A stretch of DNA of 64,000 bases. It comes from Candidatus Omnitrophota bacterium. Lineage in GTDB: Bacteria; Omnitrophota; Gorgyraeia; Gygaellales; Profunditerraquicolaceae. The DNA is taken from assembly GCA_041650835.1 (NCBI GenBank), contig JBAZKL010000002.1:602435-666434 (forward strand), in the 5' to 3' direction. The position numbers and the translations under genes were made by a program. Positions 19,591 to 29,619 of the stretch are shown here, one piece after another; positions within the stretch are counted from its first letter, which is position 1; each line of letters opens with the position of its first letter. The notes below the pieces were generated by a model. The model worked only from the letters and a program-made list of their open reading frames with translations, did not search any database and was not told where the DNA came from.

Positions 19591-20247
19591 TTACCCGATG
19601 ATCTTGTCTATATTTTTATGCAGGAATTCTTTCAACCGCTGCCGGAAAACCAGCCTCTTAAAGCTGCCGGCGGTTAAATCTTCATCACGCAACTCCTTTA
19701 TCCGCTTGCCCGTGACCATAGAATACAGTAAGAATCCCGAAAGGTCTTGTTCATGAAGGTCCTGTGGCCTGACGCATTTCAATAAAACTCCCGGCTGCAC
19801 GTCGCTCTCAAGCTTCTCTATGCGGCAATCCAGGAAAATAGAGCGCATATCCTCCAGTTCAAATCTCCAGAAATCATAGGGATAGCCATGGTATACAAAT
19901 CCGGGAGAACGCGTCGTGATCACCATAACGCCGCCGGGCTTACAGACGGCTTTCATATTATGGATTGCCAGGCGCCAATCCCTGACGTGCTCTAAGAGTT
20001 CGGTCGAAACGACAAGGTCAAAGCTGCGCTCGCCGAACCGGGAAATCAAAGCAGTCACGTCGCAAACTATATCTACCCCCTGCCCCGCGGCTATATCCAC
20101 GCCGATATATTCTTGAGGCCCGTACTGCTCGATCAAAGGACGCAGGGAGCCGTTAACATTACAGGCGCCTATTTCAATGACCCGCTTACCCCTGACCTCA
20201 TCGGCTAAAAGGTTCTTCATTCCAAACATGAAACAGTTTATATTCAT
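19591..20247 (-). CDS. Class I SAM-dependent methyltransferase
   Basis: RVIEIGACNVNGS and DLVVSTELLEHV match motifs I and II. Confidence 0.75.
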   Translation of the reverse strand: MNINCFMFGMKNLLADEVRGKRVIEIGACNVNGSLRPLIEQYGPQEYIGVDIAAGQGVDIVCDVTALISRFGERSFDLVVSTELLEHVRDWRLAIHNMKAVCKPGGVMVITTRSPGFVYHGYPYDFWRFELEDMRSIFLDCRIEKLESDVQPGVLLKCVRPQDLHEQDLSGFLLYSMVTGKRIKELRDEDLTAGSFKRLVFRQRLKEFLHKNIDKIIG

Positions 20248-20257
20248 TCCTCTACCT

Positions 20258-21259
20258 TCATCCTGATTGCCTGGTTAAATAAACACAAACCTGGTCGCCT
20301 TTCCTCTCTTTATTCAACGCGACAGCTTTTTCCCGGAATTTTTCAACATTCTCCGCGGTAAAAATGCTATGGTGAGGCTCAACGCAATACGACCGCCCGT
20401 CCCTTAAAGGGATATCCTGCGCGTATTGAAGGCTCCCGATGAATTGGAATTCAGTCGAATCAAAATCAATTCTTTTTATCGATAACCCGGAATTCCGCGC
20501 GAGCGTATCAATATTTTGTAGCGTAAACAGGAAGAAATGGCGGGGAGCGTCGATCTGCACCCAGTTTACGCCGAATTCCCTCCAGGCATAGGAAGATACT
20601 GTCGGGATCCTGATCAAAGCATGACCTGCCTTGTTCAAGAGCCGCGCGATATCAAAGAATACCTTTTGGGGCTGGCGCATATGCTCCAAAGAATGATGCA
20701 GCATAATAACATCGAAGGCCCCGGAAACAGCGGATATTTCCTTCTTTTCCACACGCACCGTCCCCCGGGTAAAATCCCCGTCAATAAAACTGTCGGCTCC
20801 GTGAAGCCGGCGAAAACCATACCAGGCTAACTCCGACAAAAGCCTCGCGTTGCCGCATCCCACATCCAGAATCCGGGAATCAAGACGAGCGTTACATAGC
20901 TTAAGCCAGGAGAGATATTCGGCTAACTGCCGCTCCAGCGGCCTATACCGGCAAACCAGCCTTCCGATACAGCTTTTTCGTCCCAAATAATACTCCGTGC
21001 GCTTATGGCGTAAAAACCGGGCAACCGGAAAATCCGGTTTATCCAAAGGTATCACGGCATCTGTTTGAAACGAATAGTACTCTTGCGGATAATAGCCGGA
21101 CATATCCGCGGGTATTTCTTTTATTTGCAAACACCCGCAGGCAGAACATTCAAAATAAACAAATACCTCTGCCGAACCGAACATCATTTCCCTGATGCGG
21201 AATTCCTTATTTTTGTCCCGATTCCCGCAAATCTTACAAACAAATATCCGCTCCTCCAT
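20258..21259 (-). CDS. SAM-dependent methyltransferase with an N-terminal zinc ribbon
   Basis: The ribbon is CKICGN...CSACGC and motif I is ILDVGCGNARLLS. Confidence 0.75.
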   Translation of the reverse strand: MEERIFVCKICGNRDKNKEFRIREMMFGSAEVFVYFECSACGCLQIKEIPADMSGYYPQEYYSFQTDAVIPLDKPDFPVARFLRHKRTEYYLGRKSCIGRLVCRYRPLERQLAEYLSWLKLCNARLDSRILDVGCGNARLLSELAWYGFRRLHGADSFIDGDFTRGTVRVEKKEISAVSGAFDVIMLHHSLEHMRQPQKVFFDIARLLNKAGHALIRIPTVSSYAWREFGVNWVQIDAPRHFFLFTLQNIDTLARNSGLSIKRIDFDSTEFQFIGSLQYAQDIPLRDGRSYCVEPHHSIFTAENVEKFREKAVALNKERKGDQVCVYLTRQSG

Positions 21260-21267
21260 ACAGACTC

Positions 21268-22875
21268 CTACGCCAGGCTCTTTATAATTACGCGCGCAAA
21301 GGGCAGCTTTTCCTGCAAGAACAGGATATCATTCGCGCTCATCGACTTTCCAAAGCGTATCCCCGGGATATAAGCAGCGGTAAAAACGATTCCCCGCGCC
21401 AAAAGCATGATAAAAAGTAAAGGCCGTGACGGGGCAATAACGATATAATTAACCAGCATATCAAAAACATAAACGAATGCCGCGGCAAAGATACCCGCCG
21501 CACAATAAGGAACGATGATCTGGAAGAACTTTCTCACCGGGATCCCCAGGGCCTTATGCAAAGTTACCAGGAAATAGAGCGTACCGGCATTGGAGGCGAT
21601 CATCGTACCCCATGCCACCCCGTAAAAGCCCATCAGTTTGATGAACAAGAAGCTCAAAATAATATTTAAAACAATAATAATGACCGATCCGCGCGCCATC
21701 AGTTGCGGCTTATCAATCGCCAAACATGTCGAAGAAGCGACTTGCGCGATAACATTGATCATCGAGCTCAAAGCCAGTATCTGGACAATAAAAGCCGCCC
21801 GCTCATAGCCTTTCCCCATCCAAACCGACATAATATGGAACGCTGAAATAAACAAAAAGATAAATGCCGGCACCATTAAGAATGCCAGGTATTTTGTTGT
21901 CATTAAATATGCTTCAATAAGCTTTATTCGCTCGCCTTTGCTTTCGATCTCGGTAAAAGCGGGAATAAGAGCGGCAATAAGCACTGACGATATGCCGATA
22001 ACGCTGCCGACGATCCCGCTGCCTAACTGATAAAACGATACTAAACCCAGGGAAAGAAAATATACGATCAAGACCTTGTCGGTCTGAGCGGTTATGACCC
22101 CGGAGATCTTGGTGATCTGAACCCGGAACCCGAAGTTAAATAACGCTTTCATCATAGGCCAATCAAAAAAACTTATCCCTAACCGTATTGAAGGGACTAA
22201 ACGCAAAGCTATCGCCACATTAATAACGGTAACGATGCCGAAAAGAATGATGCTATTGATGATCAGGCCGTTGAGCCCATAGCCTGACTTCAAAAAGAAA
22301 ACCACTCCCGCAACATTAAGGCAAGACATTCCTATAGCGACCTTATTGCTTATGTCCATTCTTTGCAAGCCGCTTTGGATAGAGCTCAAAGGGCCTAATG
22401 CATTATTGCAAACAAAAAGAAAGACTCCCGCAACTACAACGAATTTAGCTTCGCTCAATAATCCCGGAGGGATCTTAAAGAAACCAAGGAATAAATGGAC
22501 AAAGAGCAGCGTCACGGCCATTACCACCAGGCCAAAAATAGAATAAAAAAGTAAGCCGGTATTAATGACCCGGTTAATCTTCCCGAAATCCCTCTTCGTA
22601 TAACAATCCGATATGAATTTAACGAAGGTTGAACCTATCCCGCAATCAAATAAAGCAAAATAACCGGTAATTACCGTCATGATCGCCCAAAGCCCGAAGC
22701 GTTCAAGGCCGATATAATGGATAATATACGGGATGAGGAATAATCCGACGATCGCCCCCCACGCCCTCCCGAAGAAATTATAGATAGTATTACGCACTAT
22801 CTTCCCCGAGACTCCTTGAGAAGGCCCTGAACACTTATCCATGCTGATACGCCCCCTGTATATTTTCTTCAGCAA
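21268..22875 (-). CDS. wzx: Wzx-type oligosaccharide flippase (MOP superfamily)
   Basis: The 535-aa ORF has about 12-14 TM helices and an N-terminus typical of the polysaccharide biosynthesis protein family. The start may instead be M12. Confidence 0.75.
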   Translation of the reverse strand: MLKKIYRGRISMDKCSGPSQGVSGKIVRNTIYNFFGRAWGAIVGLFLIPYIIHYIGLERFGLWAIMTVITGYFALFDCGIGSTFVKFISDCYTKRDFGKINRVINTGLLFYSIFGLVVMAVTLLFVHLFLGFFKIPPGLLSEAKFVVVAGVFLFVCNNALGPLSSIQSGLQRMDISNKVAIGMSCLNVAGVVFFLKSGYGLNGLIINSIILFGIVTVINVAIALRLVPSIRLGISFFDWPMMKALFNFGFRVQITKISGVITAQTDKVLIVYFLSLGLVSFYQLGSGIVGSVIGISSVLIAALIPAFTEIESKGERIKLIEAYLMTTKYLAFLMVPAFIFLFISAFHIMSVWMGKGYERAAFIVQILALSSMINVIAQVASSTCLAIDKPQLMARGSVIIIVLNIILSFLFIKLMGFYGVAWGTMIASNAGTLYFLVTLHKALGIPVRKFFQIIVPYCAAGIFAAAFVYVFDMLVNYIVIAPSRPLLFIMLLARGIVFTAAYIPGIRFGKSMSANDILFLQEKLPFARVIIKSLA

Positions 22876-24211
22876 TTATATCCGGGAGGATCGCCACCAG
22901 GGCCGTTAAAAACCAGAACGGCTCCATGATACGGATAATAATAAACGTTGCTGAAGAAAAAGAATGGAATAAAAGCCCGACCAATCCCGCTAAATACCCT
23001 AAACAGAGCCCTTGAATAAAATTATTATCCCTGGTCTGGACATACGATGTCCAGACCACCCGGAAGATCATCACGATAAGGACCAAAAACGCTGAAAACC
23101 CGATAAGGCCGGTTTCACTCAAAACCCTGGTGTATTGATTATCAACAACACTGCCTATCGGAATACCATAGCCAAGTAACGGTTTCTCTTGCAGGCGCGC
23201 GAAAGCAGTGCTCCACGCGTCAATACGCGCCGCGGCAGATTCCGAAACATCAATACGCTTACCCATCATCTTATAGGAACGATCCGGCGCAAACGTTTCA
23301 TTGACGCGCTTATACACTTTCTGGGGAAAGATAAACGGCGAGAGCAGGATCAAAGAAACAAAAACAGCGACCAATTGCACTTTATATCTTTTGCTCAGCA
23401 TGATAATGACCAGGAACATCGGGAAAAAAGCGAGCCACCCGCCGCGGGAAAGCGTAAGGACAAACACTACCCCGATAAACCCAAGGAAACAAACCAGGAA
23501 TAAACGCTGCATTTTTGTTTCAGGGTATACGATAAATCCCAGCGTTAACGAGATCATAAAAAGCAAATAACCCGCGAACGTATTGGGCTCCCCTCCCCTG
23601 CCTTCAAAAGGCGCCGATAAACGCTCCCCCCCGGGTATTTGCCCCCACGCGTAAACACAAACAAAAAAGCAAGTCAGAAGAATAAAAAAAACAAAGACCT
23701 TAGCCTGCTTTACGGAACGCAGATTATTGACGACCATGAAATAAAGCAGGAAATATTCCACATACTTCAGAAGAAAAAAGAATGAATGCTTTACGTTCAA
23801 ATACCCTTGCAATATACCTAAAAGAGTAGAAAGAAAACAAATAAAAGTATAGATCAGTATCGGCCGGTTCAGCGTCGTGACTTTCAATAAGCCGAATTCT
23901 TTATTGACTGCCATTTTCGCCAGCCACCCGAAGAAAATAACGAATAAAAAAATATCGTCAATACGCACCATGACTGACCTGCCGGAGGCCCCTCCCCCCG
24001 CCTCTATTTCAGGAGACAGGAGCATGGAAAGGATAAGGATAACTAACGCGAAATTGGTATTCGCGAAAGAGACGGCGAATATCAACGCGGCAAAAATAAA
24101 AACAAACGCGTACTGGAGCGGAAGATGCAGAACTACGAAAAGAAGGGATGAGAATACCACGAAGAGAAAAACAACCAAATGGACCGTCTGCGCCTTTTGA
24201 TTATGAACCAT
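22835..24211 (-). CDS. O-antigen ligase/polymerase family membrane protein (Wzy-like)
   Basis: The polytopic protein has the LSRGGWLAF motif of the Wzy_C/O-antigen ligase domain. Confidence 0.7.
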   Translation of the reverse strand: MVHNQKAQTVHLVVFLFVVFSSLLFVVLHLPLQYAFVFIFAALIFAVSFANTNFALVILILSMLLSPEIEAGGGASGRSVMVRIDDIFLFVIFFGWLAKMAVNKEFGLLKVTTLNRPILIYTFICFLSTLLGILQGYLNVKHSFFFLLKYVEYFLLYFMVVNNLRSVKQAKVFVFFILLTCFFVCVYAWGQIPGGERLSAPFEGRGGEPNTFAGYLLFMISLTLGFIVYPETKMQRLFLVCFLGFIGVVFVLTLSRGGWLAFFPMFLVIIMLSKRYKVQLVAVFVSLILLSPFIFPQKVYKRVNETFAPDRSYKMMGKRIDVSESAAARIDAWSTAFARLQEKPLLGYGIPIGSVVDNQYTRVLSETGLIGFSAFLVLIVMIFRVVWTSYVQTRDNNFIQGLCLGYLAGLVGLLFHSFSSATFIIIRIMEPFWFLTALVAILPDIIAEENIQGAYQHG

Positions 24212-24250
24212 AGATGTCCGAATGTATCCGGTATTACCAAATTATATTTT

Positions 24251-24290
24251 CTCTAAAAAAGAAAAGAGGGACATTTCGCCCCTTTCATTA
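24251..24290 (-). terminator. Weak candidate intrinsic terminator or attenuator downstream of the Wzc gene
   Basis: On the minus strand the sequence reads GAAAGGGGCGAAAUGUCCCUCUUUUCUUUUUU, a short stem followed by a U-tract. Confidence 0.3.
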
Positions 24291-24333
24291 CTTCTCAGAA
24301 AACCATAACTGTGCGCATGAACAAAACCCTGCC

Positions 24334-26256
24334 CTACGCCTCCTTCTTTATCGTTTTATACGGCTTCGGAGGCTCTTCTTTACCGTAATAACGGTATTTA
24401 TGAGAATAATACGGATAGGTCGCGATCGCTTCAGTTTGAGGCTTGGTATGATTAAGGACAATCCCCGCGATCTTCGCCCCGACAGATTCTAACTGCCCCT
24501 TCGCCCGGATGAGCGCTTCACGGCTTGTCCTTCCGATCTCGTAAACCACGACCACGCAATCTATCTTAGGCGCCAGAAGGCTCGCGTCAGTAACGGGAAG
24601 GATCGGAGGAGAATCAAAGATGATCACTTCGAACTTCATTTTTAATTTCTCGATCACATTATTTAACTCCCTGGATTCTATCAATTCAGCAGGATTAAAG
24701 GGAAGGCGGCCGGAAGTAAGAAGCCATATATTCTCAAGCCCCGGGGTCATCCTGATCTCTTCAAAATTCATTTCCCCCATCATAAGGTCGGTAACATTCT
24801 TTAATGCCTCTTCAAGAGGAATAGTGCCGGTCAAAAGTTCATTTAAGCCGGGTTCTTTTTTAATACCGAAGGTCTTAGCGATGACCGGACGCCGCAGGTC
24901 AGCGGAAACTAAAAGCGTCTTCAGGCCGGCCTGAGCTATAACGATCGATAAATTGACCGCGATACTGCTCTTTCCTTCCCGGGGTCCGGAACTGGTGACC
25001 ATGATAGTCTTCCTGGAAGGATTAAGCTTTAAATTCGTATGGATATTACGATACGCTTCAGTTGTCGGGGATTTCGGATTATAATGCGCGAATAATCTGA
25101 TGAGCCGTTCCTGCTCTTCAGTTTTCTCAGGCGGAGAGAATTTTTCCCTAATGCGGTCAAGGATCCCGTATCCGTGATCGCTATCGTTGATCACCGAGGG
25201 AATAACTCCTAAAACCGGAAGCTTGACAACATTCTCCACGTCTTCTATGGTCCCGATCGAAGTATCCAAGGTCTCAAGCACAAAGGCCAACGCCACACCT
25301 AAGATCAATCCCATGAACGCTCCTACCACGATCCCCATCTTTTCGTTGCCGGCGACAGGGCCGGAAGGCAGAACAGCGGGATTAACGATCGAGATATCCC
25401 CCACCTTCTGCGCTTCGGTAATGCGGGCTTCCTCAAGTTTTTCCTTAAGCATAGCGTAAAGCTTTTTGTTAACATCGATCTCCCTGGTCAGGCGGGTATA
25501 TTCCAGCTCCTGCCCGGAAAAACCTTTAACCTGGGATTCCATTTGTTCGATTTGTTCACGGGCCTGCATAACACGAGGATGTTTTTCCGTATATTTTTGC
25601 AGTAGATCAGCCAGTTGAAATTCCAATTCCAGCAATTTCTGCTGCATAGGTTCGGCTAATTTAATATTCTTCACTTCATCGCCAAAAATACGCAATTTAT
25701 CTTCGGCTTGGCGCAGGCGGTCCTCTAAAGACGCCAGCTGTTCTTCAATGAACTGACGGGTATGGCGCGCCTGTTTTGCTTTATCAACCAGGTTTTCATC
25801 AATATATACCTGCGCGACATTATTAGCCAGGTCCATTGCCTCTTTGGCATTATCAGCGGTAGCGACGATACGGATCATATTGGTATTACCGACTTTTTCC
25901 GAATCGATACTTCCCTGCAAATTGCTCACGACGCTGTTAACAAGCTCCACCGGAGACTTTTCATCGATCATACCGCGCAATAACGCGACCTTCTTCATAA
26001 CCGGATACCCTTTAATGAATTTAGTCTCCGATTCCATCACATCGCCGGGATTATACATGACCATTTCGGTCAAAAGCCCGGCAATGGTCTTACGTTCTTC
26101 TATTTTAATAGTAGCGCTGGATTGATAGACAGGTTGTTTTTTAGAAAGGTAGTATATACTGCCGATAAAAACAGTAAGGAAGGTAAAAAAAATGATTAAT
26201 TTTCTTTTATGAAAAATACGGACATAATCTCTTAGATTAAGTTCATACTGCGGCAA
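24334..26256 (-). CDS. wzc: Polysaccharide co-polymerase fused to a BY tyrosine autokinase (Wzc/EpsB-like)
   Basis: The N-terminal TM region plus Wzz-like domain is followed by a C-terminal Walker A (SSGPREGKSSIAVNLS) and a Tyr-rich tail YPYYSHKYRYYG. Confidence 0.85.
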   Translation of the reverse strand: MPQYELNLRDYVRIFHKRKLIIFFTFLTVFIGSIYYLSKKQPVYQSSATIKIEERKTIAGLLTEMVMYNPGDVMESETKFIKGYPVMKKVALLRGMIDEKSPVELVNSVVSNLQGSIDSEKVGNTNMIRIVATADNAKEAMDLANNVAQVYIDENLVDKAKQARHTRQFIEEQLASLEDRLRQAEDKLRIFGDEVKNIKLAEPMQQKLLELEFQLADLLQKYTEKHPRVMQAREQIEQMESQVKGFSGQELEYTRLTREIDVNKKLYAMLKEKLEEARITEAQKVGDISIVNPAVLPSGPVAGNEKMGIVVGAFMGLILGVALAFVLETLDTSIGTIEDVENVVKLPVLGVIPSVINDSDHGYGILDRIREKFSPPEKTEEQERLIRLFAHYNPKSPTTEAYRNIHTNLKLNPSRKTIMVTSSGPREGKSSIAVNLSIVIAQAGLKTLLVSADLRRPVIAKTFGIKKEPGLNELLTGTIPLEEALKNVTDLMMGEMNFEEIRMTPGLENIWLLTSGRLPFNPAELIESRELNNVIEKLKMKFEVIIFDSPPILPVTDASLLAPKIDCVVVVYEIGRTSREALIRAKGQLESVGAKIAGIVLNHTKPQTEAIATYPYYSHKYRYYGKEEPPKPYKTIKKEA

Positions 26257-26742
26257 ATTTACCTCCTCGTCTAATGTTCTAACATATCATAGAATCAATG
26301 GGTTATCAAGTGTTTTCTGTCGTTGGATTATGCTAAGATAGGGTTAAAAACATCAGGCGCGATAACACAGGCCGCAAGTGTTCGATAGTCCACAGTCCAT
26401 GGTAGATGAGAAACTTTACGGTTATGCTGGAGCGCACATTAGAAAACTTTCGGCACAGAGTCATATGGGGAGTGCACAAGGAATTACGGCGAGTTGAAGC
26501 ACGCTCTTTACGTAAGTCTATAGCGTAAACGAGCCGTAAACCGCAGTGCACGGCGAAAGTTTTCAGTGCGCGGAAGCATGACCGTAAAGTTTGATCGTAA
26601 AAAAACAGATGACTGGAACACTGGAGACTGGAGCATCCGGAAAACAGGGAATCAGGTTGCAGGTCACCCCTTGACAAACTCGGGGTGAATGAGGCATAAG
26701 CGCGCCATAGGCATGCCTCATTCAAGCTCAAATAACATAGGA
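26257..26742. repeat. Structured intergenic element (copy B), related to 9383-9842. It has a 48-bp imperfect inverted repeat and is MITE-like or a candidate ncRNA.
   Basis: The inverted-repeat arms at 26411-26458 and 26548-26595 are about 85% identical. The element also has ACTGG (CCAGT on the minus strand) heptads at 26611-26635, a ccccttgacaaactcgggg hairpin at 26667-26685, a 12-bp stem hairpin at 26686-26724 and a ccatggac...ggactat block at 26378-26405. Confidence 0.5.
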
Positions 26743-27639
26743 TTAGAAATTCTTGATCTCCTGATTGACATACGAGCCTCGCGATAGCGGTTCAAGTATC
26801 TGGCTGAGGAAGTAATTAAGGTTGGCAATGAATTTCTTCGGGACAAAGATTATATCTTCCGACACAAGAGAAATATTCTGATGAGCATCGCCCCTGAGTA
26901 CCTTGTTGAGCGTGATACGTTTGACCTCGGGCTTTTCCAAGCCTCCGCGGATAATGACAATACTGGAGGCCACCGCGTCCTTGGTCAACCCGCCTGCTAA
27001 GGTAATAGCTTCAACGATCGTTTTAGCGCCGGTGAGAGAATAAACACCCGGCCGGTAGATCTCCCCGAGTACCAGCACTCTTTGGCCGCCGATCTTCTTG
27101 ATCGATATGGAAACCTCCGGATACTTGACAAATTCTTTTAACCGCTCGGTCAGGAGCGCGTCGAGCTCTGTAAGCGTCAACCCTTGCGCCTCTACTTCAC
27201 CGATCAAAGGGAACGAGATCATGCCGTCAGGGCGCACAACCGCTTCCTGGTCCAGGTCCTGGTTCTGCCAGACAGAAATATGCAGGACGTCGTCCTCTCC
27301 AATGGTATATTCCTGAACAGGCTTTCTTTTAACGCTTAAAACCTTAGCTTTACTCTCAGGCGCCGCCGGCGTTACTTCAGGAGCTGTTAAAGCGGAAGCG
27401 GACTGCTTTTGCTCCGGAATAACCTCACTCAAAGCTTCTTCTTTTTGGTTCAAAAGGTCCAATGCTTTCTTAAACTCACCTTGAGCTTCAGGGAACTTAT
27501 CCTGTTGATAATACAGATTACCCTTGAGATAATATTCACGCGCCTGCTCTTGAATATGCTCATCCTGCCCGTAAAGGCCAGGATGAGCCATCCCGGAAAT
27601 TAGTAGAACAAATACCGTTCTCCTGACACAATTAAACAT
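26743..27639 (-). CDS. wza: Wza-type outer-membrane polysaccharide export protein (Poly_export plus SLBB)
   Basis: YTIGEDDVLHISVWQNQDL...PDGMISFPLIGEV is the Poly_export signature, and a signal peptide is present. Confidence 0.8.
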   Translation of the reverse strand: MFNCVRRTVFVLLISGMAHPGLYGQDEHIQEQAREYYLKGNLYYQQDKFPEAQGEFKKALDLLNQKEEALSEVIPEQKQSASALTAPEVTPAAPESKAKVLSVKRKPVQEYTIGEDDVLHISVWQNQDLDQEAVVRPDGMISFPLIGEVEAQGLTLTELDALLTERLKEFVKYPEVSISIKKIGGQRVLVLGEIYRPGVYSLTGAKTIVEAITLAGGLTKDAVASSIVIIRGGLEKPEVKRITLNKVLRGDAHQNISLVSEDIIFVPKKFIANLNYFLSQILEPLSRGSYVNQEIKNF

Positions 27640-27644
27640 AGATA

Positions 27645-29612
27645 TTAGTTTTTGCCGTTTGCCGGTTCTAAGATCACTTCTATCTTTCTTTTTAAATCCT
27701 CAGCATCCTGCTTATCTTTAGAGAAAATATCCGTAGATTCACTCGCGTAAGGGCTGGAACCCAACTTATCCTGCAGAAGAGCGTTAATACGCACCGCGGA
27801 GGCAAGGTCATCAATGGTTTTTTTCTGAAGGCTCTTGGTTATCGTTAATTCTTCCTGTAATTTCTCGGAGCGCACCCGTAAACCGGCGATTTCCTGGCGG
27901 AGCGAACCAAGCTCCCGGTTTTTCTGCTTCAATTCCGATTCTTTATCATTCAAAAGCTGGTTCAATTGAGTGATTTGAGACCGCAGGCTGTTATATAACA
28001 AATTCACTTCATCCACATGCGCCTGTTGTTTGGCTAACTCTTCCTGAGTAGAAGCCTTTGATGCCTGGATCGCGGCAAGACTATTCTCCAAAGACCTTTT
28101 CTCTTCTTCTTTACGCGATATCTGCTGGCTTAAATAATCAAGATTCTTTTGCAAAGAAAGGCTTATTTCCTCTTTCTTGGAGAGCGCTAATTGGGCATCG
28201 CTTAACTGCGACTGTAACGAAATCTTCTGAGTTTCCAGGTCCCGCACTTTATCTTTATTATCCTGCGTTATTTTCAGGTTATTCTCCAATTCCGCGATCT
28301 TATTCTGCAGAGAAAGCATTTTGTCTTTTGATAAGGATAATTCGGTTTTCGCTTTGTCAAGTTCCAACTCCTTACGGACCATGATATCCGCAAGCTGCCG
28401 GGCATCTCCCGTCGATTCCTCAATTGCCGACGATAGTCCGGCATTGCCGGTTTTATTCTGCCGCAGGCGTTCCAGCGAAGAGGATAATCGTTCTTTTTCA
28501 GCGTTGAGCTTGGCGATAATGGAATCCTGGTTGCGGATCTCCTCCTGTGCCTGGCGCAAAGACTCCTCCGACACGCTCTTTACTGATTCCCAATCCCTGA
28601 CCCGCCGCACCGACTGCTTACTGCCGGTCAATTCGTCATCGACCGTCCCCAGGCGCGCCTTTAGATCCGCGACATCACTCTTCAGACGCGCGCTTTCCGC
28701 TTTTTGAGAATCTAATTCCTGCCGCTTCTTCGACAAGTCATCTGAAAGCAGGGACAACTGGCTTTTAAGGTTACGATTAGCCGCCTCCAATGAACTGATG
28801 GAATCCTGATATTGCCTCGACTGTTTTTCCTGGGTGAATTTCGCGGAATTCAACTGTGACAGCTCCGCCTGAAGAGAACTGATCTGGCTCCTCTTTTGGC
28901 TCAATTCTGAATTTAACTGGGCGATATTTTCTTCCAATGATTTGAGCGGCCCGCTCTGGCGGGAGACCGTCTGCTGAAATTCGCTGATCTTAGACTGAAG
29001 GGAAACCTTTTCAAGCCCCAGATCCTTGACCCTTTTCGAAAGCTCTTTATTGTTTGCCGCCGCCGCTTGGGTCTGGCCCCTCAGTTCTTTTAATTCAGCT
29101 TTAGCCTTGGCCAATTCCTCTTCTTTCACCTGGCTGTTGGAGGATAATTTCTCTATTTTCTCCCTTAAGGGGAGTATCTGCATCTTATCCGCGTGCAATA
29201 ACTGCCCTTTTATATTCTTAAGTTCTTCGGTCACCCGGACAAATTCCTTGGTCGTGTTCGCTAAACGATTAGCCATGCCGGAATTACTTTCCTGCAGCGT
29301 GATCCGTTCTTTGTTGACCGCGGCCAGTTCCCGGCTTAACTGGTCTATCGTGGACTGCGCGTTGGTCACTGATTTCCGGATCGCCTCCACGTGCGCGAGC
29401 TCTTTTAACGTCTTTTCTTTTTCTTCAAGGGACATTTGTAATTCCGCAGCCCTGCTCTCAACCTGCTGAGTATAACCCTGCAACTCTTCTTTTTCCTGAT
29501 AGAGTTGGGAACTTAGATCATGGGCGTTCTGCAGCTTTGTGTAAACCGCAAACGCCGCGTAACCCGCGATAACAACCGCCGTAATTATTCCGATCAAACG
29601 AATACGTTTCAT
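27645..29612 (-). CDS. Membrane-anchored long coiled-coil protein
   Basis: An N-terminal TM helix is followed by about 600 aa of heptad-rich, Q/E/L/K-rich sequence with no enzymatic motif. Confidence 0.55.
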   Translation of the reverse strand: MKRIRLIGIITAVVIAGYAAFAVYTKLQNAHDLSSQLYQEKEELQGYTQQVESRAAELQMSLEEKEKTLKELAHVEAIRKSVTNAQSTIDQLSRELAAVNKERITLQESNSGMANRLANTTKEFVRVTEELKNIKGQLLHADKMQILPLREKIEKLSSNSQVKEEELAKAKAELKELRGQTQAAAANNKELSKRVKDLGLEKVSLQSKISEFQQTVSRQSGPLKSLEENIAQLNSELSQKRSQISSLQAELSQLNSAKFTQEKQSRQYQDSISSLEAANRNLKSQLSLLSDDLSKKRQELDSQKAESARLKSDVADLKARLGTVDDELTGSKQSVRRVRDWESVKSVSEESLRQAQEEIRNQDSIIAKLNAEKERLSSSLERLRQNKTGNAGLSSAIEESTGDARQLADIMVRKELELDKAKTELSLSKDKMLSLQNKIAELENNLKITQDNKDKVRDLETQKISLQSQLSDAQLALSKKEEISLSLQKNLDYLSQQISRKEEEKRSLENSLAAIQASKASTQEELAKQQAHVDEVNLLYNSLRSQITQLNQLLNDKESELKQKNRELGSLRQEIAGLRVRSEKLQEELTITKSLQKKTIDDLASAVRINALLQDKLGSSPYASESTDIFSKDKQDAEDLKRKIEVILEPANGKN

Positions 29613-29619
29613 TTTTAGT

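Noticed and set aside
26333-26731. 132-aa minus-strand ORF spanning the wza-wzc spacer.
   Set aside because: It runs across the 48-bp inverted repeat and other hairpins, has no RBS or coherent domain, and is better explained as read-through of a structured non-coding element.
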